A DNA stretch of 63,098 nt, counting the filler, from Octopus bimaculoides (lineage: Eukaryota), in NCBI RefSeq assembly GCF_001194135.2. It is 5 parts of 4 records of this genome, joined end to end, with 100 filler letters (N's around TTAATTAATTAA, not from the genome) between each part and the next. Parts side by side here need not be neighbours in the genome. Positions count along the whole stretch, not along the records: positions 11,692 to 14,974 come from NC_068993.1; positions 15,075 to 28,218 come from NC_068981.1; 3 more parts are not named here. The stretch is one strand, 5' to 3'. The position numbers and the translations under genes were made by a program. The notes under the pieces are model-generated. The model did no database searches. It was not told the origin of the DNA and saw only the letters and a list, made by a program, of their open reading frames with translations. Below are positions 11,592 through 24,223 of the stretch, in pieces; position 1 is the stretch's first letter, and each line of letters starts with the position of its first letter.

Positions 11592-11691
11592 NNNNNNNNN
11601 NNNNNNNNNNNNNNNNNNNNNNNNNNNNNNNNNNNTTAATTAATTAANNNNNNNNNNNNNNNNNNNNNNNNNNNNNNNNNNNNNNNNNNNN
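11592..11691. other. artificial scaffold join: 44 N + TTAATTAATTAA + 44 N (also 14975-15074, 28219-28318, 47215-47314)
   Basis: Identical 100-bp construct four times; the 12-mer has stops in all six frames. Confidence 0.95.
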
Positions 11692-11723
<32 letters not shown>

Positions 11724-12285
11724 CATATGTATATATGTATATATATGTATATGTCTGTTTGTGTGTACATATATATACACACATACATACATAAACACAC
11801 ATAAACACACAAACATGCACTCATGCATATATATATGGAACATCATGTACACAACATATATATGATGGTTGCTAAACAACCATACGCTCAACCGCGCGTG
11901 CATTCACCCGTACATGGATGAGTAAATACACAGGACATGCATACATACACACATAGATATATAAACATACACGCATGTATAGCTATATACACACACACTC
12001 AAATACACACACACACACATACATATATATTTACACATTAAGCTTGGCCAAAAGTCGACTGACATTAAATCAAAACCATTTAATACTAAGATTAAAGCAA
12101 AAAATTATTGTATATGAGATTTCGCTAATAAATAGACAAATGTTGGAAAAAAAAAAAAAAAGAAAACGGTGATTTAGCACACGACATTCAATTATTAAAC
12201 ATTCATAATTGGAATAAATAAATAAAATTGAACATCAAGCATTTATGGACTTTTGATTTACTGTCAGGTGACTTACATATGTATG

Positions 12286-12317
<32 letters not shown>

Positions 12318-12440
12318 TATATATATATATATATTTATATAACATATATATGACATATATATAGATGTTTATATATATGTACGTTATACATGTATATTTA
12401 TATAAGTATATGTAAACATATGTGCATATAATTATTTCAA

Positions 12441-12634
12441 ACTTTGGCCACAAGGGTAACTTAGCGGAGGTGGGGGATGAGTCGATCACATCAACCCCAG
12501 TGATATCATTTTATCGACTCCGAAGAGTGAAAGGCAAAGTCGACCTCGGCTGAATTTGAACTCATAACGTAGTGATGGTTGAAATACCGCTAAGCAATTT
12601 GTCCAGCGCGCTAGCGATTCGGCCAGCTCACCGC
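12441..12634 (-). mobile_element. tRNA-derived SINE
   Basis: Reverse complement of the 2545 family (GAATTTGAACTC, GATTCGGCCAGCTCACCGC). Confidence 0.85.
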
Positions 12635-12954
12635 GTTTATATTTGTATATAATGAAAAACATACACACACGCACAAACATTTCTATCTCTCTTAGAATGC
12701 AAATGTAGAAAAGGATGCGGAAGAGTTCCTACTTTTAAGGATATCGTGAAACGCTGGTTGGCGGCTCAAAATTCTGACTTCTTTTTCAAGTCTTAGAAAG
12801 CCTAAGAAAACTCATAGGTTCATAAATAGCGTGAGAATCATTTGATATAACAGAAATGCGGCTATTCTCAGGACTGCATTTGATGATGTTTAATTCATCA
12901 TCTTTAGGTTACTGAAATACAAATGTTTACTTTCGAAATCACAATTGAATGCTC

Positions 12955-13040
12955 TTGTTTAACTTCATTTAAACGCCATAATTGTTTAACTTCATTCATT
13001 TAAACGCCATAATTGTTTAACTTCATTTAACGCCATAATT
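12955..13040. repeat. ~27-bp minisatellite, 3 copies
   Basis: Unit AATTGTTTAACTTCATTTAAACGCCAT. Confidence 0.9.
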
Positions 13041-13761
13041 CTTTTAGAGCAATCATTTTGTTTTTTTTTGTTTTATACTTTCATCAACAATATATTTTGT
13101 ATTGTGCAAATGCACAATACAAAATATCATTGTTGAATATCACTGAAATATTACTTTCGGAGATGTAAGTACTTCCGGAGTAAATAAAGAAGAAAAAGAT
13201 TATGCAATAAAATAGCACGTACGTCGTTTTGAAATTCTGTGAAGAATGAAATTATATTAGGAGACGAAAAAGGAAACTTGATCGTCTTCGTTATTTCAAG
13301 TTTTTACTTAATATCGAAGTAGAGATCTGGACAAACATGGCTTTTAATGATATAGACGTGTAATCTTGATTCGTTTTCGATATATCTGTTTGTACATTTA
13401 CCAAATAAGCCAGTGCTAAATACATTTGTAAGTATTACGATGTTTACATAAACTTCTCGCTCAAAAGACATTTACTCTTTATATGTCAATAGGTTTTTAC
13501 CTTTTCTTTATCTCTTCTTTCTGATTTAGCCGTTTATTCGGTCCATCGGGTATACTCTGACCATAGATCTCCTGTGGGTCCATGTAAGACAATTGGCATT
13601 GTTTTCATTAAGTCCTATACAAATGAAGGTTAAACTAGCTTTTACATCGAAACTTAATCTGTAAGAAATTATAACCGTATTCCTTACATTGTAAATTATG
13701 CTATAAAATAAGAGAAGAGCATACTGGAAAATATAGTTCGATGTATATATATATATATGTA

Positions 13762-13840
<79 letters not shown>

Positions 13841-14193
13841 ATGTATATATATATAACAAAAAGATAAAAATACCAGAAGCTTATATCTAGAACATTTTTG
13901 ATCATTTACTGCTGGATCTATGGCTGATCTATGGCTACTACACAAACAACAATTGCAGTAACAACAGCTTCATCAGGTCTGCATTGCCTACAAGTGTGGA
14001 AGCTATATATGTGAGTGGGTTAAATATTATTTGAGTGGAAGAGTTTTTCTCTACATATCTCTGGTCGAGAATTTCGAAAAGGGTAATTTGAAGCACTTTC
14101 AGACTTGATAAGGCCAGCACAAGCTAAACCCAGAAATTTTCAGATGAATGTGGGAAGGGAAACGGAATGTGCTCCGAATATCTGCAATAGAGT

Positions 14194-14270
14194 AAACATT
14201 TGAACCACCACCTCCTTCTTCTAGACTATCTTTAAAGAGTCTAGAACAAGGGGTGGTGGTTTTGTTGTTT
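14194..14270. other. long hairpin (pre-miRNA-like geometry)
   Basis: 14203-14227 pairs with 14238-14261 (24 positions, one mismatch, one bulged base), 10-nt loop, basal AAACA/TGTTT. Confidence 0.6.
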
Positions 14271-15299
14271 ATATCTCCGGCAGGAATAGGTCGACGATCA
14301 CGGAGAATGTAACACACTATCCTCTATCGTCCTATCCCTGGTGAAAAATAGATTTTACCTTACTTCACTATCATGTAATAATGTTACAATTTAATATGGG
14401 AGGATATTAGGATTTTAGAAATAGTTATCTAATATATATACAAAAGTATTCTAACACCTTAATATCTCGACTATTTAACACATGACCATTTAAATTTTCT
14501 GAAAGCAAAAACAGCAAATACCTACAAATTACAACTTCTAGCTTCAGTAAGTGACATTTTTGATTTCACTGTGTCGGTCATTGGAATTCTGAAATGTGAG
14601 TGTGAGGTTACGAAAGATAAAAGTCTCAACTTGTGGAACTGAATTTCCCAGACGACCTCAAATACAGATCATTCATCATCTAATCAAAAAAAGCATCTTC
14701 TTCTCACGTGGAAGTGATGGAACACAAACCATTCATTTCACTGATGATTGTTCATTAATCTAACGACTCAGAATCGCTTTCTCGTTTTAGTACTATTGAA
14801 ACACAATCTCGGTAATTACCCTCAAAAAGATGGCAATAATCCAAACATGAAATCAATATTATTCATTGAGAATTCATTGAGATAATATAGATTTATCTCT
14901 GTCCGAAAAATATATTCCACACACATACATACTCATTCACACACACATACACACACACACACGTATATATATATNNNNNNNNNNNNNNNNNNNNNNNNNN
15001 NNNNNNNNNNNNNNNNNNTTAATTAATTAANNNNNNNNNNNNNNNNNNNNNNNNNNNNNNNNNNNNNNNNNNNNACCACCACCAGACCACCCCCAACACC
15101 GCACACCAGCGTACACCAGCAGACCACACCACACCACATCACACCACCCCGGAAACACTAGCACTGACCACTTCTCAGTCCCCACACTTGCGCACACACT
15201 AGCACTGACCACTTCTTAGCACCTACACACACCTACACACACCTACACATGCACACACGCACATGTCAATGTCACCAGCTCATACACGCTCTTACATAC

Positions 15300-15564
15300 C
15301 TACGCACGCGCACCTTCGTTTTGGGATCACCACTACTTTATTCTCTCCCCTTCTTCCTCGCTCTCCTGTGTGACCCCTTTGTCCGGCATTCGCCATGATA
15401 GATCGCTAGCCACTAAACTTTTTTCTATTTTCTCTCCCTGTTTATTTCTGTCGAAGAGCGTAGGCTCGAAACGTAGAAGACTTTCTCACTTTTCGAGCGT
15501 TGAACTAATACATTTGTTTGTTGTTTACACATCCGTCTTCGTCTTTTGTAAATTCTCACTATAT
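15300..15564 (+). mobile_element. Penelope-like element pseudo-LTR remnant with minimal hammerhead-like motif
   Basis: CTGTCGAA-GAGC-GTAG-GCTC-GAAACGTA at 15448-15475 follows the PLE minimal-hammerhead layout. Confidence 0.55.
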
Positions 15565-16481
15565 NNNNNNNNNNNNNNNNNNNNNNNNNNNNNNNNNNNN
15601 NNNNNNNNNNNNNNNNNNNNNNNNNNNNNNNNNNNNNNNNNNNNNNNNNNNNNNNNNNNNNNNNNNNNNNNNNNNNNNNNNNNNNNNNNNNNNNNNNNNN
15701 NNNNNNNNNNNNNNNNNNNNNNNNNNNNNNNNNNNNNNNNNNNNNNNNNNNNNNNNNNNNNNNNNNNNNNNNNNNNNNNNNNNNNNNNNNNNNNNNNNNN
15801 NNNNNNNNNNNNNNNNNNNNNNNNNNNNNNNNNNNNNNNNNNNNNNNNNNNNNNNNNNNNNNNNNNNNNNNNNNNNNNNNNNNNNNNNNNNNNNNNNNNN
15901 NNNNNNNNNNNNNNNNNNNNNNNNNNNNNNNNNNNNNNNNNNNNNNNNNNNNNNNNNNNNNNNNNNNNNNNNNNNNNNNNNNNNNNNNNNNNNNNNNNNN
16001 NNNNNNNNNNNNNNNNNNNNNNNNNNNNNNNNNNNNNNNNNNNNNNNNNNNNNNNNNNNNNNNNNNNNNNNNNNNNNNNNNNNNNNNNNNNNNNNNNNNN
16101 NNNNNNNNNNNNNNNNNNNNNNNNNNNNNNNNNNNNNNNNNNNNNNNNNNNNNNNNNNNNNNNNNNNNNNNNNNNNNNNNNNNNNNNNNNNNNNNNNNNN
16201 NNNNNNNNNNNNNNNNNNNNNNNNNNNNNNNNNNNNNNNNNNNNNNNNNNNNNNNNNNNNNNNNNNNNNNNNNNNNNNNNNNNNNNNNNNNNNNNNNNNN
16301 NNNNNNNNNNNNNNNNNNNNGCAGCAAACTACATACCACAAAAAGTAGGGATAATTTCGAAAGGGAATGAAAAATAAAAACATTTACCAATCTATATTCT
16401 GTACCATGGTTTCAAGTCAATTTTAGTAAGATAAAAATTATATATCTCACAAAGGTCGGACTATATATATATATATATATA

Positions 16482-17345
16482 TTGCAGATCAGTTCAGTAC
16501 AACGCCGGATGGTGTTACTGATATCACTGAGGCGGTCTCTGAGAAAAGGAGCCCAGACGGCGCAAAGCAATTCCTCAAGAAGAAAGCCAGGTGCGCTTGA
16601 GGCACAGGCCATCGGTCATCTTGGACAAGTCCACCAGATTGGTCTGCAGGAACTCTGTTATGGTTATCGGGAGGACTGGGGCCTTAAGAATGCAGCCAAG
16701 AAATGCAGTCCTTTGGTGTCAGCGGAGCCCCGGCCAAGACTGGCTGGATGCTGAACATAGCGTCCTGGGATTCAGCGTCACCATAGCTCACGTTTATCAC
16801 CTTTGATTTCAAGGGGTTGATCTCAAACCCGAGAAGCGTTGCGGTTAGGATAACCTGTTGACGGTCCCCAGTAAATGATTCAGCCGAGTCACCCTGAGTC
16901 GCATCATCCAGGTACCATGCGTTGGAGGGTGAACGCACTGATCGAGCAACATTATCGAGATCCATCGCAAAAGGGAGCGGACCAAAATGGTCACCCCGAT
17001 AGACACTTGTAGAAAAAGTGATCTTAGTTTTTGTAGCCGTGAGCGAGCTAGGTGTACCTGAACGCAATGAGGAAGCATGTCTTAGACACCTTTCCAAGAT
17101 GTGGTCACGCCTAACACTATTCAAAGCGTTTTTTTTTCTTAAATCCAGTTTCAACAGAGACAAAGCCAAGGTGACAAGGGATGCGTATGATGTATGTAGT
17201 GCCTGGCAGTGTGGACAGCAGCCTCACATACACACTTGACATCTGGACAAGGCTAAGTGCCTGGTTCAGATAACCCTTGATTGATCTACAGGCTAATTTG
17301 GCTGCAAATCATCGAACGACGTTGCCCACCGTTATCGTGCGCTAA
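16482..17345 (-). mobile_element. CRE-clade (RLE-type) non-LTR retrotransposon RT remnant
   Basis: Frameshifted minus-strand peptides ITVGNVVR..AAK, CEAAVHTARHY, LLKLDL..NALNSVRRDHIL, GDHFGPLPF, AWYLDDATQG, GFEINPLKS. Confidence 0.7.
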
Positions 17346-17699
17346 TCTCCGCAGAGTGTAACGACGTTTATGTTTAGAAAGAAAAATTTAAATTTCACGA
17401 AATAATGACAAGTTATATGCATGTAATATAATGCCTGTTATAACAAATGTCATTATAATCAATATTAGACTAAATATTAACCATTGTTAAAGATGGTGAA
17501 TTATAATATAAAACATGTAGTAAGTAAAAGATGAGTGTAAGATCAGTGTATAACAGTTGACTCCTATGTATGTGTGTGTGTGTGTGTATGTGTGTGTGTG
17601 TGTGTTTGTGCTTGTGCGTAGCCGTATCTGTGTTTGTTCTCCGCCACCGCTAGACAACCAGTGTTGGTGTGTTCGTTTTGTTTATACCAAATCGTTTGA

Positions 17700-17995
17700 A
17701 ATAGGTGTGTGATCGAGTCCAGCATATGTTGCAGCAGATTGTAAAAGACATCCTTAGCGGAGTTTGAGCTAGCCTAAGTCAGCGCATAGGCAGAGATGAT
17801 GTGCGATTTGATCGTTCCACTGATGGTGACAAACTCCAGGCGATCGACACTGGCTGAAATGTGATGACACTGTGTCAAGCCTTTTGCTCCAGCATGAAGC
17901 CGACTCCGGCTTCACGCTCGTTACCACCAGAATGGTAGATCGTCAACTTTGTATCGAGGGCGAGTCGATAACCATTGTTCTCGATCCAGTAAATT
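17700..17995 (-). mobile_element. RTE-type AP-endonuclease fragment
   Basis: IYHSGGNEREAGVGFML ... IISAYALT ... KDVFYNLLQ on the minus strand. Confidence 0.75.
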
Positions 17996-18007
17996 GCAGT
18001 TGATATC

Positions 18008-18119
18008 ATCCTTTCCACAATAGGCACAAGGCCTGAAATTTGTAGGGAGAGTACTAGTCGATTACGTACTGCTAAGCATTTCGTCCAGTGTGGTAACGAT
18101 TCTGCCAGCTCGCCGCCTT
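18008..18119 (-). mobile_element. internally deleted SINE (head joined to tail)
   Basis: Minus: AAGGCGGCGAGCTGGCAGAATCGTTACC...GCTTAGCAGTA|CGTAATCGAC...CAGGCCTTGTGCCTATTGTGGAAAGGAT. Confidence 0.8.
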
Positions 18120-18124
18120 CGAAG

Positions 18125-19650
18125 TTCATATAATACCGCGATCATTACATTAAATGAAGTGAAAGAAGACGCCCGCTTGTTGAACAAATGGAAGAGCCCC
18201 TCGCTGAGGCGATCAAGGCTAGAGATGTGGTACTGCTTAAACGACTCTTTGCGCCCATCCTATTCATGTCGCGATCAAACAGCACACCTTCTAGATGGAA
18301 GAAGGCTATCATCATTCTCATTCATAAGGAAGGCGGCAGGGAATGCAAAAACAACTAGGGTATTAGCCTACTCTCAATCGTTGGGAAGGTTTTTATGAAG
18401 GTCATTCAGTCGAGGCTCCAAAAGCATCGCGAGCACAACAACAGGAAAGAACAAGCTGGTTTTTGACCTGGCCACGGATGTTGCAACCCCCTTCGCCAGC
18501 TGATAGAGGAGCGAACGCAATGTGGGCGGCTAACTGTGACTGTATTCATCAACTTCAAGTCCACCTTCGACAGCGTCAACTGGACCGCCCTATGGAGATC
18601 ATTAGAAACTAAGTAAGTACCTCCGAAGATCATTATTACATTCTTACGTTCGACCAATGTTGGTTCAGCCATCCTGGTCAAAAACCCGAGATAACCTTTC
18701 AGAGGAGTTCGCTATTAGAACAGGCGTTCGACAAGGAGATGGGGGTCTCATCTCTCCTGTTCAAAGTTATCATTGACACCATCATGAAGACAAAAGAGTG
18801 TACAGCTCAACGCCATCAGATTTGTGGCAGACCTCATGTTCGCCGACGATAGCACCATCTTCGCTACCAGTGACGCCAAATCTACAGACATCTTGTACAA
18901 TATAGCCCGCTTAGCAAGGCCTTATGATTTCAGGATCAACGCGGATAAGACGAAAGTTCTAACAACGGATGACTTGCCGGCCGCAGTGCATCTTGATAAC
19001 ATTCAGATTGAGCAGGTCCGACAGTTCAAATATCTCGTCTCACTGGTTGTGGAAGAAAAAATGACGTCAACTGCTGAATCGGGTCTGCGATTTCTGCGTT
19101 TGCATCCCTTCGATTAAGTGTCTGGAAAATGCCCAACATCTTCCCAAGGACCATGATCCGTCTTTTCCGCACGTTGGTTTTGCCTGGCTTCCTCTTCAGC
19201 GCTGAACCCTGGACCATTCTCAAACGGGACCTGAATAATCTTGAGGTGTTCCATATGTGGTGTCTTCGTCAGATTTTTGGTGTCTCTCTATGCGATTGAA
19301 TTTCGAATAACAACATCTGTAAACAATGCCAGCAGCAGCCGACCAAGTCTAGAAGCACAGGCTTCATTGATCTGGTCATGTCTGCAGGATAAGTACCGGA
19401 AAACTATCATGCCAACTCTTGTGGCGGCAGCGACGAACGAATTTGAGAATCCAGCGCAGTGCAGTAAAGAAGATATCAGCTCCAAAATTTAAGGAAGACT
19501 TGAAGTCACAGCGCATCAACCTCAAGCATGGTAAGGTCGGCAGCATGAATCGGAAAACATCGAATGACATCATTACCAGAGTCCGTCATCCAGTGGCACC
19601 CACAGCAGCGTATTAGTTGAGAGTACAGCACCCACCTCCGGTCGCCAGCT
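18125..19650 (+). mobile_element. RTE-type LINE RT region and 3' end, decayed
   Basis: EQAGF, VFINFKSTFDSV, TGVRQGD, DLMFADD, INADKTKV, FKYL motifs across frameshifts. Confidence 0.9.
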
Positions 19651-21132
19651 AAGGATTTTACTTACATATATACATACATATATACATACATATACATATA
19701 TACACACACATACACACACACATACACACACGCACGCATATATATGTGCGTGTTTGTATGTCTATATGTATGAGTACACACACACACACCACATATATAT
19801 AGTTACAGTAGAACTATAATAAAAGTTTAATGATATTTTAAAGCTTTTCTTGTGAAACTTGAAACGGGTATAAACGTTTCATTATTCTCTTCGTAGAGCG
19901 GAAAGGAGACATGATTGTGTGGATATGCTTCATAATTTGTTGACCAATCATCACAGGTAAAGTATTCCATCATTCTTCTGTCCACCAAAACAAAAAAATG
20001 AAAAACAATAGTAAATCTATATTATAATTAAACATAAGCTAGAACTTAGCTGTAATGGTTAGACCAATAGGGATTCAGCTTTCTTTTCTCTTTAATGACA
20101 GTAAAGGAAAAAAAATTGTCCTAAAACGCATGCCGATTTGTTGGCCAATTGAAGGGTAGAACTCCGCCTCATCCTTTCGGCAACAAAGAGAACGGATAGC
20201 AAATCGCAATTTAAATAAAACACAAACTAGAGCTTAATTGTAACCGCTAGATTAATTTGCATACCATAAAGATTCTGTCTACTCGCCGCCTTAATAACAT
20301 AAGATATTAATTTAAATTAAAGCTAATATAAATAAAATGGAAATAAAATTGAACCGGATATGGCATTACTAAAATATAAGAAGAAAACAATAATTAGAAA
20401 AATATTATATTTCAAGTGTTAGATCGTTTGCATAGTAAAAGGGAAGTAGTACCGACACAGACGAATAATTTGGAAAATGCTAACGTATCTAATAAAAAAT
20501 GATACAACGATCCTAGTCATAAGAAATATCTAAAGAAGCAAAAGTTGAAAAAGTGTTAGAAGTAAAAGTTGGTGGTATGATTCAAGTATAAATAAAAATA
20601 TTATAGTGAACTTGATAGTACTAAATGTAGAGCTAATTTGAAATAGCTGAACGCATAAGATATATTAAAATATAATGTTTATCGTCGTCAGGAAGTCCAA
20701 GTTCGTCCAATGGATTTCGGACATCTTCAACAACTACAGTGGGTCGATTAAGCCCATCGTCGATCATTTCAACATAACTGAACACCCATATCAAACTTAT
20801 GATACATGATGAAGCCTCCACATAAACATCGGCTACTAGCATCATACTGCTGCATTGCATTCCTATCAGGAAGGAACAACGAGCAACATGACAGTGCTGG
20901 GGTCTCGGGCTTTGTCATCTTGTATGTGTGTGCATGGCGGGTGACATAGATGATGGTCACTGTATGTTGGCATGCAATATCTTCCGAGACTACCATTGGT
21001 GTTGGGGATAGTTTTTCTGAATGATCTGCTATCAATAGTTTTTCTAACTCTTGGAATATTGTATGTATGATGTATTTGTTGCGTCGAACAATCGACCGTA
21101 GTACTTTTCTTCTTTTTTTTTTATTAAACTTC

Positions 21133-21223
21133 GTACTTATTCTATAGGTCTCTTTTACCGAACCGCTAAGTTACAGCGAAGTAAAGCAAACATCGATTGT
21201 CAAACACGGTGATGAGGGAACAA

Positions 21224-21225
<2 letters not shown>
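21133..21225 (-). mobile_element. SINE tail fragment
   Basis: CTTATTCTATAGGTCTCTTTTACCGAACCGCTAAGTTAC, homologous to 6150-6230. Confidence 0.75.
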
Positions 21226-21272
<47 letters not shown>

Positions 21273-21284
21273 GCACACATTATA

Positions 21285-21334
<50 letters not shown>

Positions 21335-21879
21335 TTTCGTTGATTTATGTTAAATCAATTGCAACACATTTAAATCTAAAGGTTGATAATCCTACGCAGC
21401 TCTTTATTCCAGATGTTACCCAAACAGGTGGATCAAGCGAACTGAAGATTCAAGTATTAGATATGCGTTCTTAAAGTATACTTTTGGCGAAACATGGAAT
21501 ATCAGGGTAAAGGATATTGGAGATAGTGATGAAATTTGATATTTCCATAGTTCTGGCATCATTTAAAATTACAGGCCCTTTTAGGCATTAAGGGGAAAGA
21601 TTAGTTTATTACACTTTGTCGTAAAGGTTCTCTTAATTAGGCCAGGATGTAGTCATGCAACTCACTGCTTGTACTAAAAATAATATAATATAATATAATA
21701 TAATATAATATAATATAATATAATATAATATAATAGGGTAAGGTCAATGAATAGATTTAAAGAAAAAAATGGATAGATTTAAAAGAATATCAATGGTACA
21801 TTGATATTGTTTCAATAGGTAATTTAACTTGTCCATAACAATATGATTTTATATTTTTTAATGTAAAAAGTCCAATATT

Positions 21880-22687
21880 AATTGACTTGAATAATGTAAA
21901 GTAAAATAAAACTCTGGCCTTTTTTCCATTATAAGCCCTTTTTGCGCCCCGCCCCCCAAAAGAGAACGTTTAGCACCACTTTTTCTAAAGATGGTTGAGC
22001 CTTGAATTTCTTTCACTTTAGCGATTCCGGATGTTTCCACTCCATACGCTGCTTTTGGATTCTGATTCCATCTGTCATTATTTTCTCCTAAAAACGGTTC
22101 GCTTTCATCGTTGTAGCAGTTGAGTCAGCGTTGACAGATTTTCACACGATTGCGCTTAAGCGCTTCGGTAAGCTCACTTGGTGCCTATTTCGCACAGACT
22201 TTTCGTATGCAGAATCGTGACTAGACTAATTTGCACAAAATTTTCCACCTCATCGATGGTCACTTGTCGGTTCGCCAGAATCATCTTTCGAGCTTGTTGA
22301 ATCTTGATGCTGGTGGTGGAGGTTGATAGGCGTCCTACTTCCTCCTAAGGCTTCGCACTTGTGCGACAGCTTTTAAACTTCTCGATTCACTTCTACGCGG
22401 CAGAGCGTGGTCCCCGTACTGTACTGAAACCCTGCGATGGATTTTAGCCTCTGACACATCTTCAGACCAGAGAAATCGGATCACTGATCTCTGTTCATCC
22501 TTGGTGCACGCTGCCAACGGAGTGGCCATGTTTACTCTGTAACACAAGAAAAAAAACTGGAATGATCAAGGTCAAAAATCGGTTACGTAATCACAAGAAT
22601 ACCATCTTTTAGTACACTAGCGCTGAAAGCAATGCGGTCAACCTAAAGAAGGGCGAAAGCGCGGATAATTTTTCACTCCCATTCATA
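21880..22687 (-). mobile_element. mariner transposon remnant (5' TIR + transposase N-terminal half)
   Basis: MATPLAACTKDEQRSVIRFLWSE, IEKFKS, TIDEV, VCAK, MEWKHP, KFKAQPS; TIR-like TATGAATGGGAGTGAAAAATTATCCGC at 22661-22687. Confidence 0.9.
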
Positions 22688-23194
22688 GTTGTATCTGTCT
22701 CAACTCACGCGCGCGCGCACACATATATAGTTCAAATTTACAGCAAAAAAAAAGGCGTAGACAGATGAGGTAACAACAAGCAGGTATTTGATGCTCGGGA
22801 ATAATGGACAGGTCTTTGAGGTTTCGAGCTTACACTCGAAACGTAAATAAATATATCGCAGCATCACAGTATCGATCAAGCCATCAGATGCTGTTACTAA
22901 TCGCTGGTCACAAGCGGCTTTTTCCGATCCCTTGGCTACTACTCGGCAACTGCATCAATTCACCTGTTGTTGTGAACCTTGCGACATGTCCGGCCTAGCA
23001 GAACTTAAGCGAATATATCGTTCTGTCCGTTCCTTTCTGGAATTATCTCATTTCGAAAGTGCTCTCTTAAGGTCTTAAGGGTATTCTTAACATGTATCTT
23101 TCCAAGGCCCTTTCCGTCGTAACCAATCGATGTTCTATCTACTTCGTCGAAACCTACAACTGCAGGTAGAGCAGTGCTATTGATGAGTCTGGCA

Positions 23195-23585
23195 CATATA
23201 GCTTTGTTGAGAAGGGTGTCAAGCAAGGAGACACCTTTTCTCCAAACCTCCTTACTGCATGTCCAGAAATGGTCATCAATGATGTCGACTGGACAGGAGG
23301 CGTGAACATCAATGGCAAGCAACTAACACACTACCGATTCGCAGATGACATTGTTCTCTTCACTGAAACAACAGACCAACTGCTGAAAAAGCGGAACACT
23401 CAGAGCTTAGCAGTAAGTCTTAAAATGAACTACCCGAAGGCAAAATATATGCGGTCGGAAGATGTAGCACAGGGCCAAATAAAGGTGGGAAGCGATAAAT
23501 TTGAAGTAGTAAAGGAGTACGTCTACTTAAGGCACACAGTGAATATATGCCGAGATATGGACGCCGAAATCTCAGAGATTTCATG
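23195..23585 (+). mobile_element. RTE-1-like RT fragment
   Basis: KGVKQGDTFSP...GVNINGKQLTHYRFADDIVLF...KEYVYL. Confidence 0.85.
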
Positions 23586-24223
23586 AGGATGAAAGACATT
23601 TAACTCTCTCTCTCTCTCTCTCTCAAAGATTAATAAAATAGAAGTGTTTGTAAGCTTTTAAACTTCCTTAATATATTCCAACCATCTCTCACGAAACAAT
23701 TCACTTCTCTCACCACCCACATATACCACATCAAGACTCAGGTAATACCTTATAAACAGGCCTGGTCCATAATTTGAGTTGAAATTCTCTATACGGCAGA
23801 CATGCGAACTTGGCAATTGTTTGCCTGGCGGGTGTCGGTCTTAGGAACCACCAACAAGTTGGAATTTCTCCGTTTTGGCGAGAATTTTTCAGATTTTATT
23901 TTGAGGTGCCCTTGGAAATGTTCTAGATTATATTTTTAGCAAAAACAAAAAAATTACAGAAAATGACGTTCTTTTTCCTCCATTCTCTTCGGACCGATTT
24001 TAGTCGATTTTGTGGACATTACGCACGATGATTTTGGTGGGGGGTCACTTAAAAACTATGGAAGTTTTTTCAGTAAAAAAAAAAAGTAAACATTTTCAGA
24101 CGAAAAGGTGTGTAATTTAAGGGAGATATGGCTGTTGTTTACCTTGAACCGCACACTATATTACGCCACAAAATCTCTCAACAAAATCACTTCTCTGGTG
24201 TAATTTTTCATCCGACATAAGTA

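Noticed and set aside
11636-11647. TTAATTAATTAA islands inside N runs (also 15019, 28263, 47259)
   Set aside because: Identical 44N+12+44N construct with six-frame stops: an assembly spacer, not biology.
13920-14120. Short ORFs around an 11-bp tandem duplication (GATCTATGGCT x2) and a GTGAGT donor
   Set aside because: No frame gives a recognisable protein; stops in all extended readings.
19865-19900. Minus-strand CTACGAAGAG...GAAACGTT resembling the 15448 hammerhead family
   Set aside because: Helix II 3' strand and the CUGA core are lost; not supportable.
20660-21040. Possible Penelope GIY-YIG remnant (ISDIFNN..KPIVDHFN..H) on +
   Set aside because: Similarity limited to one short motif; too weak to call without a search.
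21400-21660. Possible third R4-like endonuclease C-terminus on the minus strand (PELWK...PI)
   Set aside because: Too degenerate to support by eye.
23005-23322. 105-aa minus ORF
   Set aside because: Half is antisense to the RTE RT fragment; the rest has no recognisable motif.
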